Assembly (NCBI GenBank): GCA_964016885.1
Contig: OZ024746.1
Coordinates: 85,994,001 to 86,058,000, forward strand
Origin: Eledone cirrhosa
Taxonomy: Eukaryota
Direction of reading: 5' to 3'
Length of the DNA: 64,000 nucleotides
Each line of letters opens with the position of its first letter. The stretch's first letter is position 1. The translations under genes and the position numbers were made by a program. This document shows, piece after piece, positions 12,540 to 26,700 of the stretch. The notes under the pieces are model-generated. The model made no database searches, had not been told where the DNA came from, and saw only the letters and a program-made list of their open reading frames with translations.

Positions 12540-14160
12540 ATATATATATGTGTGTGTGTATATATATATATATATATGTATGTATATATGTATGTACGCA
12601 TGTATGTATGTGTGTGTGTACGCATGTATGTATATATGTATGCTGTGTTGGTTTATATAGCTCGGAGGCGAAGTATTTAGATTGAGTAAAGATTATGTAT
12701 GTATGTATGTATGTATGTATGTATGTATGTATGTATGTATGTATGTATGTATGTATGTATGTATGTGTGTGTTTATGCATGTGTAAATGTATATATATAC
12801 ATACATTCATACATATAAGAATACATATATATGTATATATAGATACATTTACAAACATACACCCTCATGCGTAGACAAACACACATAAAAACTTTACCTG
12901 CTAGAAATTGCATTTAAATTTCTCACCATACTGTCTTTTAAAATGGGATTGTACATTGGTTAATGTGATCCTAGATACACTATATCTGAAATAAAATGTC
13001 CCAGTCATATGAATGATCCTGGTGGGAATTCCTTTGATCATAGATCTATTCTATTAGGGCGGACCTTGAACTAAATAGCAACAACAATATGTAAAACAAA
13101 AATGGTAGTTCACGACTGGAATGTCTTTTATCAAAGATCTGTTGTATCAAAGTTGAGCTGGAACTGTTGAATAATTATCTAGTTGTTGTTGTTTAGTATC
13201 AAGCCAAACTTAATTGAACAGATGTATGATAACCTTTCACCAGCTCTAGGCCAAGACTGACTCGCCAGAGGAATGATGGAAGACATTCCAGCCATCACTC
13301 GTCAACGTCTTTTATCATTGATCTGTTGCATCAAGGTTGGCCTGAAGTTGTTGAACAATTATCTAGTTTTTGTTGTTTAGTACCAGGACTGATTCTACAG
13401 AGGAATGATCAAAGATATTTCAGCCATGACAATTCCGACCATTTCTACGTCCAAGACTACAATATCCGGTAGTTTCTTAATTTTGAAGAAGATTTAGCTG
13501 CTATGTGAGGCAACCACAAAGATGCTCTTTCTAATTATCTGATTATTATCACTGATTCATTCATCACAAGCCGGAAGTCACCTCTGTGGTATCTCAGTGT
13601 CATTCTTTTCAGTACATTTTATTATATGACGTAATCAAAGGTCAGATCTTATTCCCACCCACCCAAATTTACAGTGGAATTCAGTCGAAGCCTGGATTTT
13701 TTTCTAAATGTTTAAAACATAAGGAAATGTTTAGACTAACACTAAAATATTTCAATTTACTTCTGCAGACGCCATTTCCGGCTGTCACTCTCCGCAAACA
13801 CGGGAAATCTAGTTGAAATTGTCCCCCAAAAGAATCCTTTGAATGAATCTTGGTGAATCTTCCCCACCCCCATTAAAAATGCTAGGGTCTCGTCAATAAG
13901 CAAAGAAGTGATAGCAACTATTTTTTGGGGGAAATCCTGAGAACATTTTACTAAGTGATTTTAACATGTTTTATCCCAAATCGCCTGAAACCGGTCCTGG
14001 TTTAGGATACAAAACTATTTGTTTAAAATATTTATAATATCTAAAACATGTTTTATTGCAGTGAAATTGTGTCTGTAACCAGGTCGTAAAAAGTGTCACA
14101 AAAATCTTGATACCAAGAAATAAATGATAAATTAAAATGTTATGAAAGAACCTTAGTTAA

Positions 14161-14383
14161 CCCTTTAACATTTAAACCGGCCATATTCAGCAAGTATTCT
14201 CTCACCTCTTTCTGTTTAAACCAACTGTAACCAGCCACTCATACTGATGTTAAGGTATTGTTCTCAAAATAAATAATATCAAAATCTCATAGATTCAATA
14301 TTATGAGAGATAATTATATGAGGTAAAGCCTTTACCATGAAAATATAATAATATATATATATAGTAATGTAAATGCTAAAGGG
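14161..14383. mobile_element. piggyBac-type MITE
   Basis: TTAA on both sides (14157-14160, 14384-14387); TIRs CCCTTTAACATTTA / TAAATGCTAAAGGG; second copy at 28455-29075. Confidence 0.8.
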
Positions 14384-14989
14384 TTAAGTTATGCTCTAAA
14401 CATCAGCTATATAATGAGAGGGTGAGTTGTATTACAAAATCTCTTATGAGAGGGGAAATATTTTCAAATAACATATTTTAAAACATTTTCAGTTGAAAAA
14501 TCTCAATGTGATTCAAATATTAATTCAATGCTGTAAAAAGTGTATTGAAATATACTGCGATTAAACGAAGCAACATCTACCTGATGTTTAAATATAGGGT
14601 TTCATAATTTAAGAAGTGGATTATATTGAAATATAATACTTTCTAATTTAGGCAAAAGACTAGCAATTTTGTGAGACGTAAGAGAAAGCAGATTACATGG
14701 AATCTAGTATTTAACTGGTACTTTATTTTATCGACCCTAGATGGATGAAAAGCTAAGTCAACCTCGGTGGGATTTGAACTCAAGATGTAAAATGTTATAA
14801 CTTAATGCTAGCGATTCTGCCAATCCGCTGCCTTTACTGTATTCAATATATCTTTCTAATATTGAAACAGTTGGGAGAATGAGAAAGTCAATTAAATTAA
14901 CTTCAGAAGGATTTGAACTCAGAACGCAGAACAGAAGGTCATAACTAAATACCGCAAAGCATTTTGTCCGACGCTTCACCCCCTTAATA

Positions 14990-15412
14990 ATAATTATTTC
15001 TACTTTAGGCACAAGGGAATGGGAAGGGAAAGTCGATTAAATCGATCCCAGTACATTACTGGTGCTTTATTTATCGACGCCGAAAGGATTAAAGGTAAAG
15101 CTAAACCCGGCAGTATTTGAACTCAGAACGTAAAGGGCCTTAACTCTATGCTGAAAGTATGTTGACCGACGCCCAACTGATATTGCCAATCCAATAATAA
15201 TGATAATGGATTTAGGAAGAAGACCAACAATTTGGGGGGGGAGGGGAAAGTCGATTAAATCGACCCCAGTGCATTACTGGTACTTTATTTCATCAACCTC
15301 GTAAGGATGAAAGGCAAAGCTAACCTCGGCGGGATTTGAACTCAGACCGTAAAGGGCCGTAACTCTATGCAGCTAAGATTGTTGTCCGACGCTCCACCGT
15401 TACTACCAATCC
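14990..15412 (-). mobile_element. Two tandem Deu/Nin-like SINEs
   Basis: Reverse-complement copies (ctggtactttattt...ggatgaaaggcaaagctaacctcggcgggatttgaactcag). Confidence 0.75.
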
Positions 15413-15544
15413 TAATAATAATAATAATTATTATTATTGAGCCAGCCGGATTCATATAATTTATTATAAACATAAATACTTAGAAAAAAACAGTTATTCA
15501 ATGTGATTTTTTGGTTTAAAAAAAAAAACCTATATGAAATTGTT

Positions 15545-15597
15545 TTAGGGTTAGGGTTAGGGTTAGGGTTAGGGTTAGGGTTAGGGTTAGGGTTAGG
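15545..15597 (+). repeat. Interstitial (TTAGGG)n
   Basis: About 8-9 perfect TTAGGG units. Confidence 0.95.
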
Positions 15598-16125
15598 ATC
15601 ATTTGTCTTAGATTTTATTTTAAAGCAAGATTGTAGATTTATGAAAATAAGAAAGAAATTAAAAAAAATACTTTTAGAGAGTCTACGATCTACTCGAGAT
15701 AGTTTCCAGAGACATATGTGCTCCAGAACTGTAAGATTCCAACTCTTGATAGACATCCACACACGCACACAGGTTTTTATTTTGCGTCTCTCCTTTGTTC
15801 TGTCCTACACCATCTTGTTTTAGTGTAAAAATGCTTAGTCACCGAGGAGGTCACAGAATTTGTGACGAAAAAGCTTTGACAATATATAGACAACATTCCG
15901 GTTATTACACCAACCGACCAACCGATCAGCCAGCCAACCAGCCAGCCAGCCAGCCATCCAGCCAGCCAACCAACCGGAAACTTATAATAAATTCAAGTGA
16001 AAACCAATAAGTGCGTGTGTTTTTATTGGGAGCATGACCCTGCCAAAGTATAACAATATCTGTTTCAACACACGTTTTCAGATAAGAAATATCGCAAAAC
16101 ACATTCAAAAACGAATTATATATAT

Positions 16126-16184
<59 letters not shown>

Positions 16185-16232
16185 AAGTTTTATTTAAATT
16201 GTTGGGTTACAACGAGTAAATATTTATAACTG

Positions 16233-16427
<195 letters not shown>

Positions 16428-16827
16428 CAAACACACACACAGACATACACGCACACACACCCACCCCTCCTTCACCTACAACCACCCACATACACCCATG
16501 CGTACGCACATGCACACACACACACGCACTTACAAAAGTAAATACATATACAGAAACGCATACTCACATACACTCATATATATATATATATATATATACA
16601 TACACACGCAAACACACACATGCACACACATTCGCATACACGCACATACACCTAGACATACGCACACGCATGCACAAACTCATGTATATAAATAAATAAA
16701 TAAATAAATATATATATATATATATACAAATAAATATGCACACACACACACACACAGACCCCCCCCCACACACATCTAACGGATCTATTTCAGACAGTAT
16801 TTGTTCCATCAAAACTATTCCTGACCC

Positions 16828-16940
<113 letters not shown>

Positions 16941-17135
16941 AGTATGTATACGTACATACATATATGTATACAGAAGTACAGTAGTATGTATATATACATG
17001 CACACATATATATATGTACGTATGGATTCACCAAACATTTATTATAATGCTCGGTGTGTTTGTAAACAAACATCCCGTATTAAGCCGTAGTGTCCAGCAA
17101 CCACCGTTGCTCGTTTGTTCAACACTGACAAAGGA

Positions 17136-17178
17136 ACGCTGTACTAATTTCAAGCTTGTTAGCTATCGTCAGCAACGT
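17136..17178 (-). ncRNA. Minimal hammerhead ribozyme (family A, copy 3; element ~16938-17305)
   Basis: Minus strand ACGTTG-CTGACGA-tAGCTaacaAGCTt-GAAATTAGTA-CAGCGT. Confidence 0.7.
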
Positions 17179-17584
17179 ATACCTTCCTGCCAGATAGTTG
17201 AACGTCCGAAAGTATATACTTTCCTTATGCATATTAACGGCTGAGTAGCCCAATTTGCATATCGAGTGGGTTAATCGGCCGGGTGCACCGGAAACGATAA
17301 ACGGAAAAAATGAAACGAAATTTCATTTCCCACTCTTAGTACGGCTGTTACTTAAATTTAAGTATGTATACGTACATACATATATGTATACAGACGTACA
17401 GTAGTATGTATATATATATATACATACATGCACACATATATATATGCACGTATGGATTCCGTTTATCGTTTTCGGTGCACCCGGCCGATTAACCCACTCG
17501 ATATGCAAACTGAGCTACTCAGCCGTTAATATGCATAAGGAAAGTATATACTTTCGGACGTTCAACTATCTGGCAGGAAGGTAT

Positions 17585-17627
17585 ACGTTGCTGACGATAG
17601 CTAACAAGCTTGAAACTAGTACAGTGT
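17585..17627 (+). ncRNA. Minimal hammerhead ribozyme (family A, copy 4; element ~17458-17675)
   Basis: ACGTTG-CTGACGA-tAGCTaacaAGCTt-GAAACTAGTA-CAGTGT. Confidence 0.72.
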
Positions 17628-17760
17628 TCCTTTGTCAGTGTTGAACAAACGAGCAACGGTGATTGCTAGGCACTGCGTGTTACAAATGTTTCGCCGGCAT
17701 GTAGCTCGAGTCATGGTCCTTGTATCACACAGTGATAACATTTGCTCCGGACATAACACC

Positions 17761-17851
17761 CGTGTCTGAAAGAACCGGCAGAAGTAGAATCAGCCAGATC
17801 CATACAAGGACCATGACTCGAGCTACATGCCGGCGAAACATTTGTAACACG
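17761..17851 (+). ncRNA. Hammerhead-like motif (family C) with long stem II insert, slightly degenerate core
   Basis: CGTGT-CTGAAAGA-aCCGGCA...TGCCGGc-GAAACA-tt-TGTA-ACACG followed by AATAAA; stem I CGTGT/ACACG; its 3' half is duplicated in inverted form at 17676-17725. Confidence 0.6.
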
Positions 17852-17986
17852 AAATAAACTAAGTCCAGATGCATCACTGATTTTTCGTTTTCTTTATAAT
17901 ATCTACACTCTATTCTGATGAATATTGAGTGATTATTTTGGCATACCGCCTACGGAAGCACCACAGCTACCATTATACACAAATAC

Positions 17987-18073
<87 letters not shown>

Positions 18074-18384
18074 CGCATGTCTGTGTTTGCATGTATGTTT
18101 ATGTGTGTATATTGAAAATAACCCACATCACTCACAAAACAGTAGCAACACCGCTACCGTCAAACCCACCCATACTACCACCACCAGCACCACCACCACA
18201 ACAACAAACTCGACTAACACCACCACCACCACCACCACCACCACCACCACCACCACTATCACCATTACAAGATCAAATAGAAATTGTAAGAGACTAAGAT
18301 AAGAGAGTCAGTTTCAGTCAGTTAAATCGTTTTCCTGGCATGTCACTTTCAAATTAAAACGACAAAAATATATACAATCTCTCC

Positions 18385-19610
18385 CCTCCCTATACCACAA
18401 CCCCACCACCCTCTCCGTAAGCAGCTCACAATACCACAAACCCCTCCCTCACACCACAACACCACCACCCTCTCCGTAGGCTCCGCACCATACCACAACC
18501 CCCTATTTTACACTGCAACCCCACTACCCTCTCCGTAAGCTCCTTACACTTCCACAAGCCCCTATTTTACACTGCACTCCTCTGCAATCCCGCTGAAACA
18601 CCTCCGCCGCTTCGTAACCTCCTCGCAATACCACAACCCCCTCTTTTACAGCACAACCCCACCGCCCTCTATGTAACCTCATCACAATACCACAACCCCC
18701 TCTTTTACACCACAACCCCGCCGCCCTCTATGTAACCTCCTCACAATACCTCAACCCCTTCTCTAACATCACAACCCCACCGCCCTCTATGTAACCTCCT
18801 CACAATACCACAACCCCCTCTCTAATATCACAATCCCGCCACCCCCCTGTAACCTCCTCATAATACCACAACCCCGCCGCCCTCTATGTAACCTCCTCAC
18901 AATACCACAACCCCTTCTCTAACATCACAACCCCATCGCCCTCTATGTAACCTCCTCACAATACCACAACCCCTTCTCTAGCATCACAACCCCGCCGCCC
19001 TCTATGTAACCTCCTCACAATACCACAACCCCTTCTCTAACATCACAACCCCGCCGCCCTCTATGTAACCTCCTCACAATACCACAACCCCTTCTCTAAC
19101 ATCACAACCCCGCCGCCCTCTATGTAACCTCCTCACAATACCACAACCCCCTCTCTAACATAACAACCCCGCCACCCCCTGTAACCTCCTCACAATACCA
19201 CAACCCTCTCTCTTACATTGTAACCCCGCCACCCACCTGTAACCTCTTCACAATACCACAACCCCTTCTCTAACATCACAACCCCACCGCCCTCTATGTA
19301 ACCTCCTCACAATACCACAACCTTCTCTCTTACATTGTAACGCCGCCGTCCACTCCACAACCTCCTCACAAAATCACAAAACCCTCTCTTATACTGCAAA
19401 GCCACCGCTCTCTACGTAACCTCCTCATAACATCTCAACCCCGCCACACTCCCCGTAACCTCTTCACAATATCACAACCCTCTCTTACACTGCAACCCCG
19501 CCACCCTCTATGTAACCTCCTCACAATACCACAACCCCCTCTCTAACATCACAACCCCGCTGCCAACACCGTAACCTCTTCCCAATACCCAACCCCCATC
19601 CTCACACCTC
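18385..19610. repeat. C-rich 59-bp minisatellite (~20 copies)
   Basis: Unit CCGCCGCCCTCTATGTAACCTCCTCACAATACCACAACCCCTTCTCTAACATCACAACC; homogeneous centre, degenerate edges. Confidence 0.9.
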
Positions 19611-20236
19611 AAACGCACCAAAAGGTACACAGTCTAATTTCTAACACCAGACCTCCTTTCACACACAAAAAAATATACAGTACATTTTTTTTAAATCCTC
19701 ATAAAATAAAGAAAACTAAATTAATATTTGAAAAAAAAAAATATTAAAGTATATATATATATAAACATGAAATAAAATGACCGAAAAAATAAAAGGAAAT
19801 GAAATCCCCAGCATCACAACTCCCTCTCTTACCCCAAAAACCCCAACCCCAACCGTACACCACAAACACACAAAACTTGTAATAAAAAAACTCAATAAAT
19901 ATCGAAAAAGTATTTAAATAAAAAATAAAATGAAATAAAATGACCCCCAAAAATAATGGGAAAAGACGTCAAGCCTCATTTTATTATTTTATTTTTTATT
20001 TGGTAATCTATTGTTAAGAATTTCAAATTATATTGCTTCCGGTTCCGGTTGACAGATCAGCAATGTAGGACAGGATAGCTGCCTGTTTCTTGACTATGTC
20101 TCATTTTATAATGATTGACATTTTTCTTGGAAACCATTGCATTCGCCACATACAATCAACAGCAGCAATGGCGGGATGGGATTGACTGACTGCAGACGAT
20201 ATGTGTATATATCGCATCTAACGTCGTTGTCGTTGT

Positions 20237-20610
20237 CATTATATGGCTGTATACACACACACAACAGTACAGACACACAGGCATAGAAACACACATAAAT
20301 ACATATATACCTACATTATATGGCTGTATATACACACACAACAGTACAGACACACAGGCATAGAAACACACATAAATACATATATACCTACATTATATGG
20401 CTGTATATACACACACAACAGTACAGACACACAGGCATAGAAACACACATAAATACATATATGCCTACATTATATGGCTGTATATACACACACAACAGTA
20501 CAGACACACAGGCATAGAAACACACATAAATACATATATGCCTACATTATATGGTTGTATACGCACAGCAGCACAGGCTCAGGCATAGAAACACACGTAA
20601 ATACACATAT
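20237..20610. repeat. 77-bp minisatellite (~4.5 copies)
   Basis: Identical ORF starts at 20243, 20320 and 20397 reflect the 77-bp period. Confidence 0.9.
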
Positions 20611-20799
20611 ACCTACATAGATACACATATTCATGCACCCACACGCATGTACACATATGCATATTCACACACACAGATATATTTTCGTTTCAATAAGTTG
20701 GTACACATAAGTATACACATCATTAAAATACATACATAGATCCACACACACACACACACACACACGTGGCGCGCGCACACACACACCACACACACACAG

Positions 20800-20841
<42 letters not shown>

Positions 20842-20896
20842 TCTCTCCATATATATATATACATTCATACATATATATATATATACACACACAGAC

Positions 20897-20994
<98 letters not shown>

Positions 20995-21269
20995 GAAGAG
21001 CAGAGCTCATGACCTTTGCAGCGCCCCCTAGGCTGATGGGAGGAAGGCCGAGGAAGTAACAATGAATGGTAGCTTATGGATCACTGCAATAGGAAGCAAC
21101 CAATGAAGATATCATGTTCTCGTCAGACAAGATACATAATCCAAATACTTGTAATAGAATTAAAAACCCGTTAAAACACTAAAAGGGCAGATGGTGGTGG
21201 CAGTGGTGTAAAAGTGGGCGACGTATTGCAATAGAATACAACGTATAAGTCCTCTCACTGCAACTTGTT

Positions 21270-21590
21270 GCTCACAGAACAAGTTAATCTCTCCTGGAAG
21301 AGATTGGTGCCAATCGACAGTTGGTTGAAACAGTAAGGAAGAGGAAACTTCAGTATTTTGGTCATGTCACCAGGGCCTAAACATTTGACTAACCACATCC
21401 TTGAGGGACGAATATATGGGAAAAGGGCCAAGGGACGGCAGAAAAGGATATGGATGGATGATATTAAGGAATAGACAGGAAGGAGTTTGGCGGAATGTAC
21501 GGCAGTAGCAAGAGACTGGAAAATATGGAGAGAACTGGTCCATAAGTCCATGGCCCCCGACCCTCAGATATAAAGATGGGATGAGAAGGA
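21270..21590 (+). mobile_element. RTE-clade LINE 3' fragment
   Basis: VRKRKLQYFGHVTRA...ILEGRIYGKRAKGRQKRIWMDDIKE*TGRSLAEC...WRELV (frameshifted). Confidence 0.8.
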
Positions 21591-21618
21591 AGGAAATATA
21601 AGGCCTGACTGTATAGAA

Positions 21619-21759
21619 CAGTGGGGCCGCATAGGATGTGATTGTTCATAGGGCGGGCAGCACTACTAAAAGTATTCAAGGCAATTTTGAAATTAGGCGT
21701 GCCATTCAGGAACCCAAACAGACGCATACGGTTCGCGGGCCACAGTTTGCCCATGACTG
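21619..21759. mobile_element. hAT (Charlie-like) MITE
   Basis: CAGTG...gtttgcccatgaCTG ends; near-perfect 8-bp TSD gtatagaa/gtatagag. Confidence 0.55.
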
Positions 21760-21916
21760 GTATAGAGTATATAGAGTCTATCAGGTCTTGACTAGATCAT
21801 GTAATCCTCATGTCTAAAGTTAAACTCCAGAGTTACAGTAGAAGTTGCCGTGGGCTGGAAAACAGAACCCAACAAAACAAGATTGGGAAATGAACCCTCT
21901 TATCTACAGGGTCAAA

Positions 21917-21979
<63 letters not shown>

Positions 21980-22123
21980 CTCTCACACACACACACACAC
22001 ACACGCACATACATGTATATCTATATAGAGAGGGAAATGCATGAGCACACAATGCTTGCAGGGTAGATAAAATATTTGTATTAACCGTTTGTCTCTGATC
22101 TGCAAAAACTACGGCGACATATG

Positions 22124-22275
22124 CCGTATTTCCCGGTCCTCGAGGACCCACCCTAATTTTGAAAACCAAAAATTTGAAAAGAAATAATAAACAACCTTCG
22201 GCCTCCAGGACACGTGGTAGATTTTTGGGACGAATTTTAGGAAAAAAGTAGCGTCTTTAACGCCGGGAAACACGG
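22124..22275. mobile_element. pogo/Tigger-like MITE
   Basis: TIRs CCGTATTTCCCGG / CCGGGAAACACGG, followed by TA. Confidence 0.65.
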
Positions 22276-22304
22276 TATGTTAATAGTTTATATATGTAAT
22301 ATTA

Positions 22305-22915
22305 ATTGTTTCTACTTTTGGCACAAGGTCAGCAATTACCCCAGTGCATTACTGGTACTTTATTTTATCGACCCCGTAAGGATGAAAGGCAAAGTTAACC
22401 TTGGCGGGATTTGAAGTAAGACCGTAAAGGGCCGTATCTCTATGCTGCAAAGCATGGCGTCCGACCCTCTATCGATACTGACAATCCACCGCCCTTTGTC
22501 TAATAATTGTTTCTACTTTTGGCACAAGGCCAGCAATTACCCATGCATTACTGGTACTTTATCTAATAATTGTTTCTACTTTAGACACAAGGCCAGCAAT
22601 TACCCAGTGCATTACTGGTACTTTATCTAATAATTGTTTCTACTTTTGGCACAAGGCCAGCAACTACCAGTGTATTACTGGTACTTTATTTTATCGACCC
22701 CGTAAGGATGAAAGGCAAACTAATAATAAACTAATAATTGTTTCTACTTTAGGCACAAGGCCAGCAATTACACAGTACATTACTGGTACTTTATTTTATC
22801 GACCCCATAAGGATGAAAGCAAAGTAAACCTCGGCGGGATTTGAACTCAGTCCGTAAAGGGACGTAACTGTGCTGCAAAGCATGGTGTCAGACCCTCCAC
22901 CGATACTGCCAATCG
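22305..22915 (-). mobile_element. Deu/Nin-like SINE cluster with tandemly amplified tail
   Basis: Two SINE copies separated by ~62-bp repeats of taataattgtttctacttttggcacaaggccagcaattacccagtgcattactggtacttt. Confidence 0.75.
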
Positions 22916-23644
22916 ACAAATTTAATAACGATACTCTGACATAATTCTTATGCATTAAAACGCCATGCCAACTTTGCATAACGGAATGTTTGCTAAATTA
23001 TCCCTTTCCAATAAATATTCTGAATGTATATATTCTTGTTCATGTAACGAAGAGAATAATTCTACAAACGAGTCAACGAAAGACCCTCTAGGTAATTGCT
23101 TTCCCTGTTAGAAACAGCAACCAAATCTCCCTCAAACTACGCCCTACCATTTAAAGATAAAAGTAGTACTGGATACTACATATAAAAATACGAAGACAAG
23201 ATGGTCATGATTGAAATACCTTTGATCATATATCTGTTTGATCACAACTATTCTGCGGCTGAACCATAGCAACAATTCTACAAACTCTACATTCTAGGAG
23301 GTTTCCCAAACGTTTTTAAACGCGGAACCTTTTTTGGTTCGGAAAATTTTGGAAGAACCCCAATGTCTAATACTGTTATATGGTCGTAATATAAATATAC
23401 GCCTCAAACTTTTCACGGAGCCTCAGACACTCCTTTGCGGAACCTACTTTAGGACCCACTGCTCCTCACAATGACTTCAGCCCTGAATTCGAGCATTTTA
23501 GAAACAAAAAAAAAACAAAAAAAAAACAAAGAAAAACAAACAAACAAAACAACAACAACAACAACAAAATCAATAATAGCAGTTATAATACGAAATCCCG
23601 TTCTTATTTTCTTTCCTGTTTAAGGATTAGTTAGTTGGCCTTGT

Positions 23645-24050
23645 GGTACCAGCAGATAGAATGAACAAGACGTTATCCCGGAGAATGGCGAGTGTGACAC
23701 GCTGGAAAAATTACTCCAGCTTGTGGGTCCGACTCTTACGGGAAGCCAACTCCGCCCCGATAGTAGCGAGTAAGGATGTGGTCCGAGGGCCAAGAACGCC
23801 GGAAGTCACCAACTCCCAGAAGCTCGAACACAAACCTATAAGAAAGCGATCGAAACTTCGAAAGTTTGCCCTCATCGGTCTGATGAGCAATAAACCTTGC
23901 ATAAGGTTGCCGCTGGAGAAGGTTTCGCAACATGTAGCATCCCAGGAGAGGGACCTACCACCGCAGAACGGGAAGATTGTTATGCCATCTGGCCTTTTAC
24001 CTTCCTATCAGTCCTGCCCCGCTTGCTTGACTGTAGTGGAACTAAATCTC
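23645..24050 (-). mobile_element. CRE-clade non-LTR retrotransposon, restriction-like endonuclease C-terminus (relic)
   Basis: Minus translation RPDGITIFPFCGGRSLSWDATCCETF...VTSGVLGPRTTSLLATIG...FFQRVTLAILRDN matches the CRE pattern RPDG.T..PW..G..L.WD.T...ET.G..G....QR.S.AI.RGN. Confidence 0.75.
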
Positions 24051-24861
24051 CCTCCCCCGTTCTTTGGTCTATCCACACACCCACACACCCACTCTTACAT
24101 TATTACGAATGTTCTATTCAATTATGATTTCTGATTTAGGCGAAAGCCAGTAATTTTGGAGGAGAGGAAACCTCGGCGGGATTTGAACTCAGGCCGTAAA
24201 GGGTGGTAACTCTATGCTGCAAAGCATGGCATCCACGCCTCTACCGAAACTGTCAATCCCCCGAATAAACTTAATAATGGTTTCTTATATAGGCACAGGG
24301 CGAGCAATTTTGGGGGAGGGGATAGTCGATTAAATCGACCCCAGTATGTTACTGGTACTTTATTTTATCGACCCCGTAACGACGAAAGTCAAAGCTAACC
24401 TCGACGGGATTTGAACTCAGAACGCAAAGGGACGTAACGTTATACTGCAAAGTTCTATTCAATAATTACTGAACCAATTAATCACACGATTTATTAAGTC
24501 GCAAAACCAAATTAAAGAAATCTACTCCCCCTTCTTGCGCTAAACTCATTCCTCACTTCCGTTTCCCTCTCTCCTCTACCATCCTTCCTCCTCCAACTCC
24601 CCCCATCTCTTCTCCTCCAACTCCCTCCATCCCTTCTCCCTCCCTCCATTCCTCATCACTCACTCTCCGCCCCTGCTTAACATGCAATATCTGTTTACTT
24701 CCAAAGTATGTTTCAACCGTAATCTTTTAATCTCTGCTTCTAATCCACATCACCAGACACCGCCTGTGTTAACACGACTTCCAATAACAAGGGACAAATA
24801 GAGAGGCCTCTACTTGGTCGCTCGAGGTGCTAGAAATATCAGCCAGCCAACCAACTCCCAC

Positions 24862-25136
24862 TTTCTTCTTCTTCTTCTTCTTCTTCTTCTTCTTCAAGCG
24901 AGACCAGCTAAGCTCATGGAAGTTATCCAACGATCTTGCTTGGGGTCTACCCCTGGGTCTCCTGCTGGTTGGCTTTGCCCGCGTGAAATCTGTCCAGCGA
25001 TTCTTTGCTGAGACATTCTAACCACATACCCATAGTATCAGAGCTGTGATCTCCCAATTCGGAGAAGTAGCGGCTCTACCTGAAGTAACTATCTGATCTC
25101 TGGGCTCCGCACTCTATCGAGTAACGTTACTCTACT
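24862..25136 (-). mobile_element. RTE (Rex3/Expander-like) LINE 3' end with (GAA)n tail
   Basis: Minus strand encodes VEPLLLRIGRSQL..YGYVVRM...PTSRRPRGRP; same family as 49270-49740 and 51440-51770. Confidence 0.75.
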
Positions 25137-25144
25137 GTTTAAAT

Positions 25145-25466
25145 CAGGGGTCCCCAACCAACCCCTGACCCACGGGCCACATCCGGCCCGCGAAGGCCTT
25201 TATCCTGCCCGCGAGGGTTCTAAAAAGGGTACAGTTTGCAATAAATTCGCACCCGATCTATCGATATTGCCGAATAAAACAATGTTTAAATGTATTTTTC
25301 TGCTTGGGACAGCTCTAAGTATTAATATTGAATTTTGTTTCAAATCTAACATAAGGGATAAATAAATGTTTACTTGTATATAAGTAGTATTAATTGCGCA
25401 TCCGGCCTGCGGAGCCACCGCTGCATGGCTATCCTGCCAGCGCACCCAAAAGGTTGGGGACCCCTG
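25145..25466. mobile_element. hAT (Charlie-like) MITE, intact ends
   Basis: Perfect 15-bp TIR CAGGGGTCCCCAACC / GGTTGGGGACCCCTG; perfect 8-bp TSD GTTTAAAT (25137-25144, 25467-25474). Confidence 0.9.
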
Positions 25467-26119
25467 GTTTAAATACTAAGAAAGACACATTGGAGAAAAA
25501 AGAAACGGGGTGGTAAATGCTAGAATGCCTTTGTTGTTGTTTAATCCCACATCAGCTCTCTTTTGTAAGACGGTCGGAGTTATTTAAGGGAAGTTTAGCT
25601 ACTATTTCTGTCATGATACTAAATAACAAAACGAATCAAAGAAGGTAGTTCTACGTGATTGTATTTTATGCTAGAAATAGCAGCCAAATCTCACTCAAAT
25701 TATACTTACCGTCATAAAATAATTGTTATTATGTTAGGCACAAAGCCAGCAATTACCCAGTGTATTACTGGTACTATATTTTATCGACCCCGTAAGGATG
25801 AAAGACAAAGTTAACCTCGGCGGGATTTGAACTCAGAATGGCAAGGGACTGACCAGAGTTTAAACAGTAACATCAATACAATTCTCTAATAATTGTTTCT
25901 ACTTTTGGCACAACGTCAGTAATTACCCCAGAACATTACTGGTACTTTACTTTATCGACCCCGTAATGTTGAAAGGTCAAGTTAACCTCGGCGGAATTTG
26001 AACTCAGAAGAACGTAAAAGGCCGTAACTCTTTGCTGTAAAGCATGGTGTCTGACGCTCCACCCTCACTGCCAATCCACCATAATAACGTGTTCCCATAT
26101 TTCTTCTTTGTTATATGTT

Positions 26120-26700
26120 ACCGTCTCCCACCACCTCACACTACCACCTCCACACCCCTCCCACCACTATCACCTTCATACTCCTCCCACCACCTCACAC
26201 ACTCACATCCACCGCCTCACACTCTCACCCTCCCATACTCCTCCCACCACCTCCTATCACCCCATACACTTCCCTCCACCAACCACCGCCATACTCCTCC
26301 CACCACCTCCCACTATCACCCCATACACCTCCCACTATCACCACCATACGCCTCCCACCACCTCACACATTCACATCCACCACCTCCCACTATCACCACC
26401 ATACTCCTCCCACCACCTCACACACTCACATCCACCACCTCCCACTATCACCTCCGTACTCCCCCCACTATCACTCCATACTCCTCCCACTATCACCTCC
26501 ATACTCCTCCCACTATCACCTCCATACTCCTCCCACTATCACCTCCATACTCCCCCCACTATCACCTCCATACTCCTCCCACTATCACTCCATACTCCTC
26601 CCACCACCTCACACACTCACATCAACCACCTCCCACTATCACTCCATACTCCTCCCACCACCTCACACACTCATACCACGTTCTACCATTACTATCCACA
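26120..26700. repeat. C-rich degenerate minisatellite (CCATACTCCTCCCACTATCACCT-like units)
   Basis: Direct reading; explains three overlapping P/H/T-rich ORFs. Confidence 0.85.

Noticed and set aside
17915-17921. Isolated CTGATGA (also at ~9528 and ~10962)
   Set aside because: No stem II + GAAA + NUH arrangement follows; expected by chance.
23643-24134. 163-aa plus-strand ORF as a gene
   Set aside because: Antisense shadow of a CRE retrotransposon relic.
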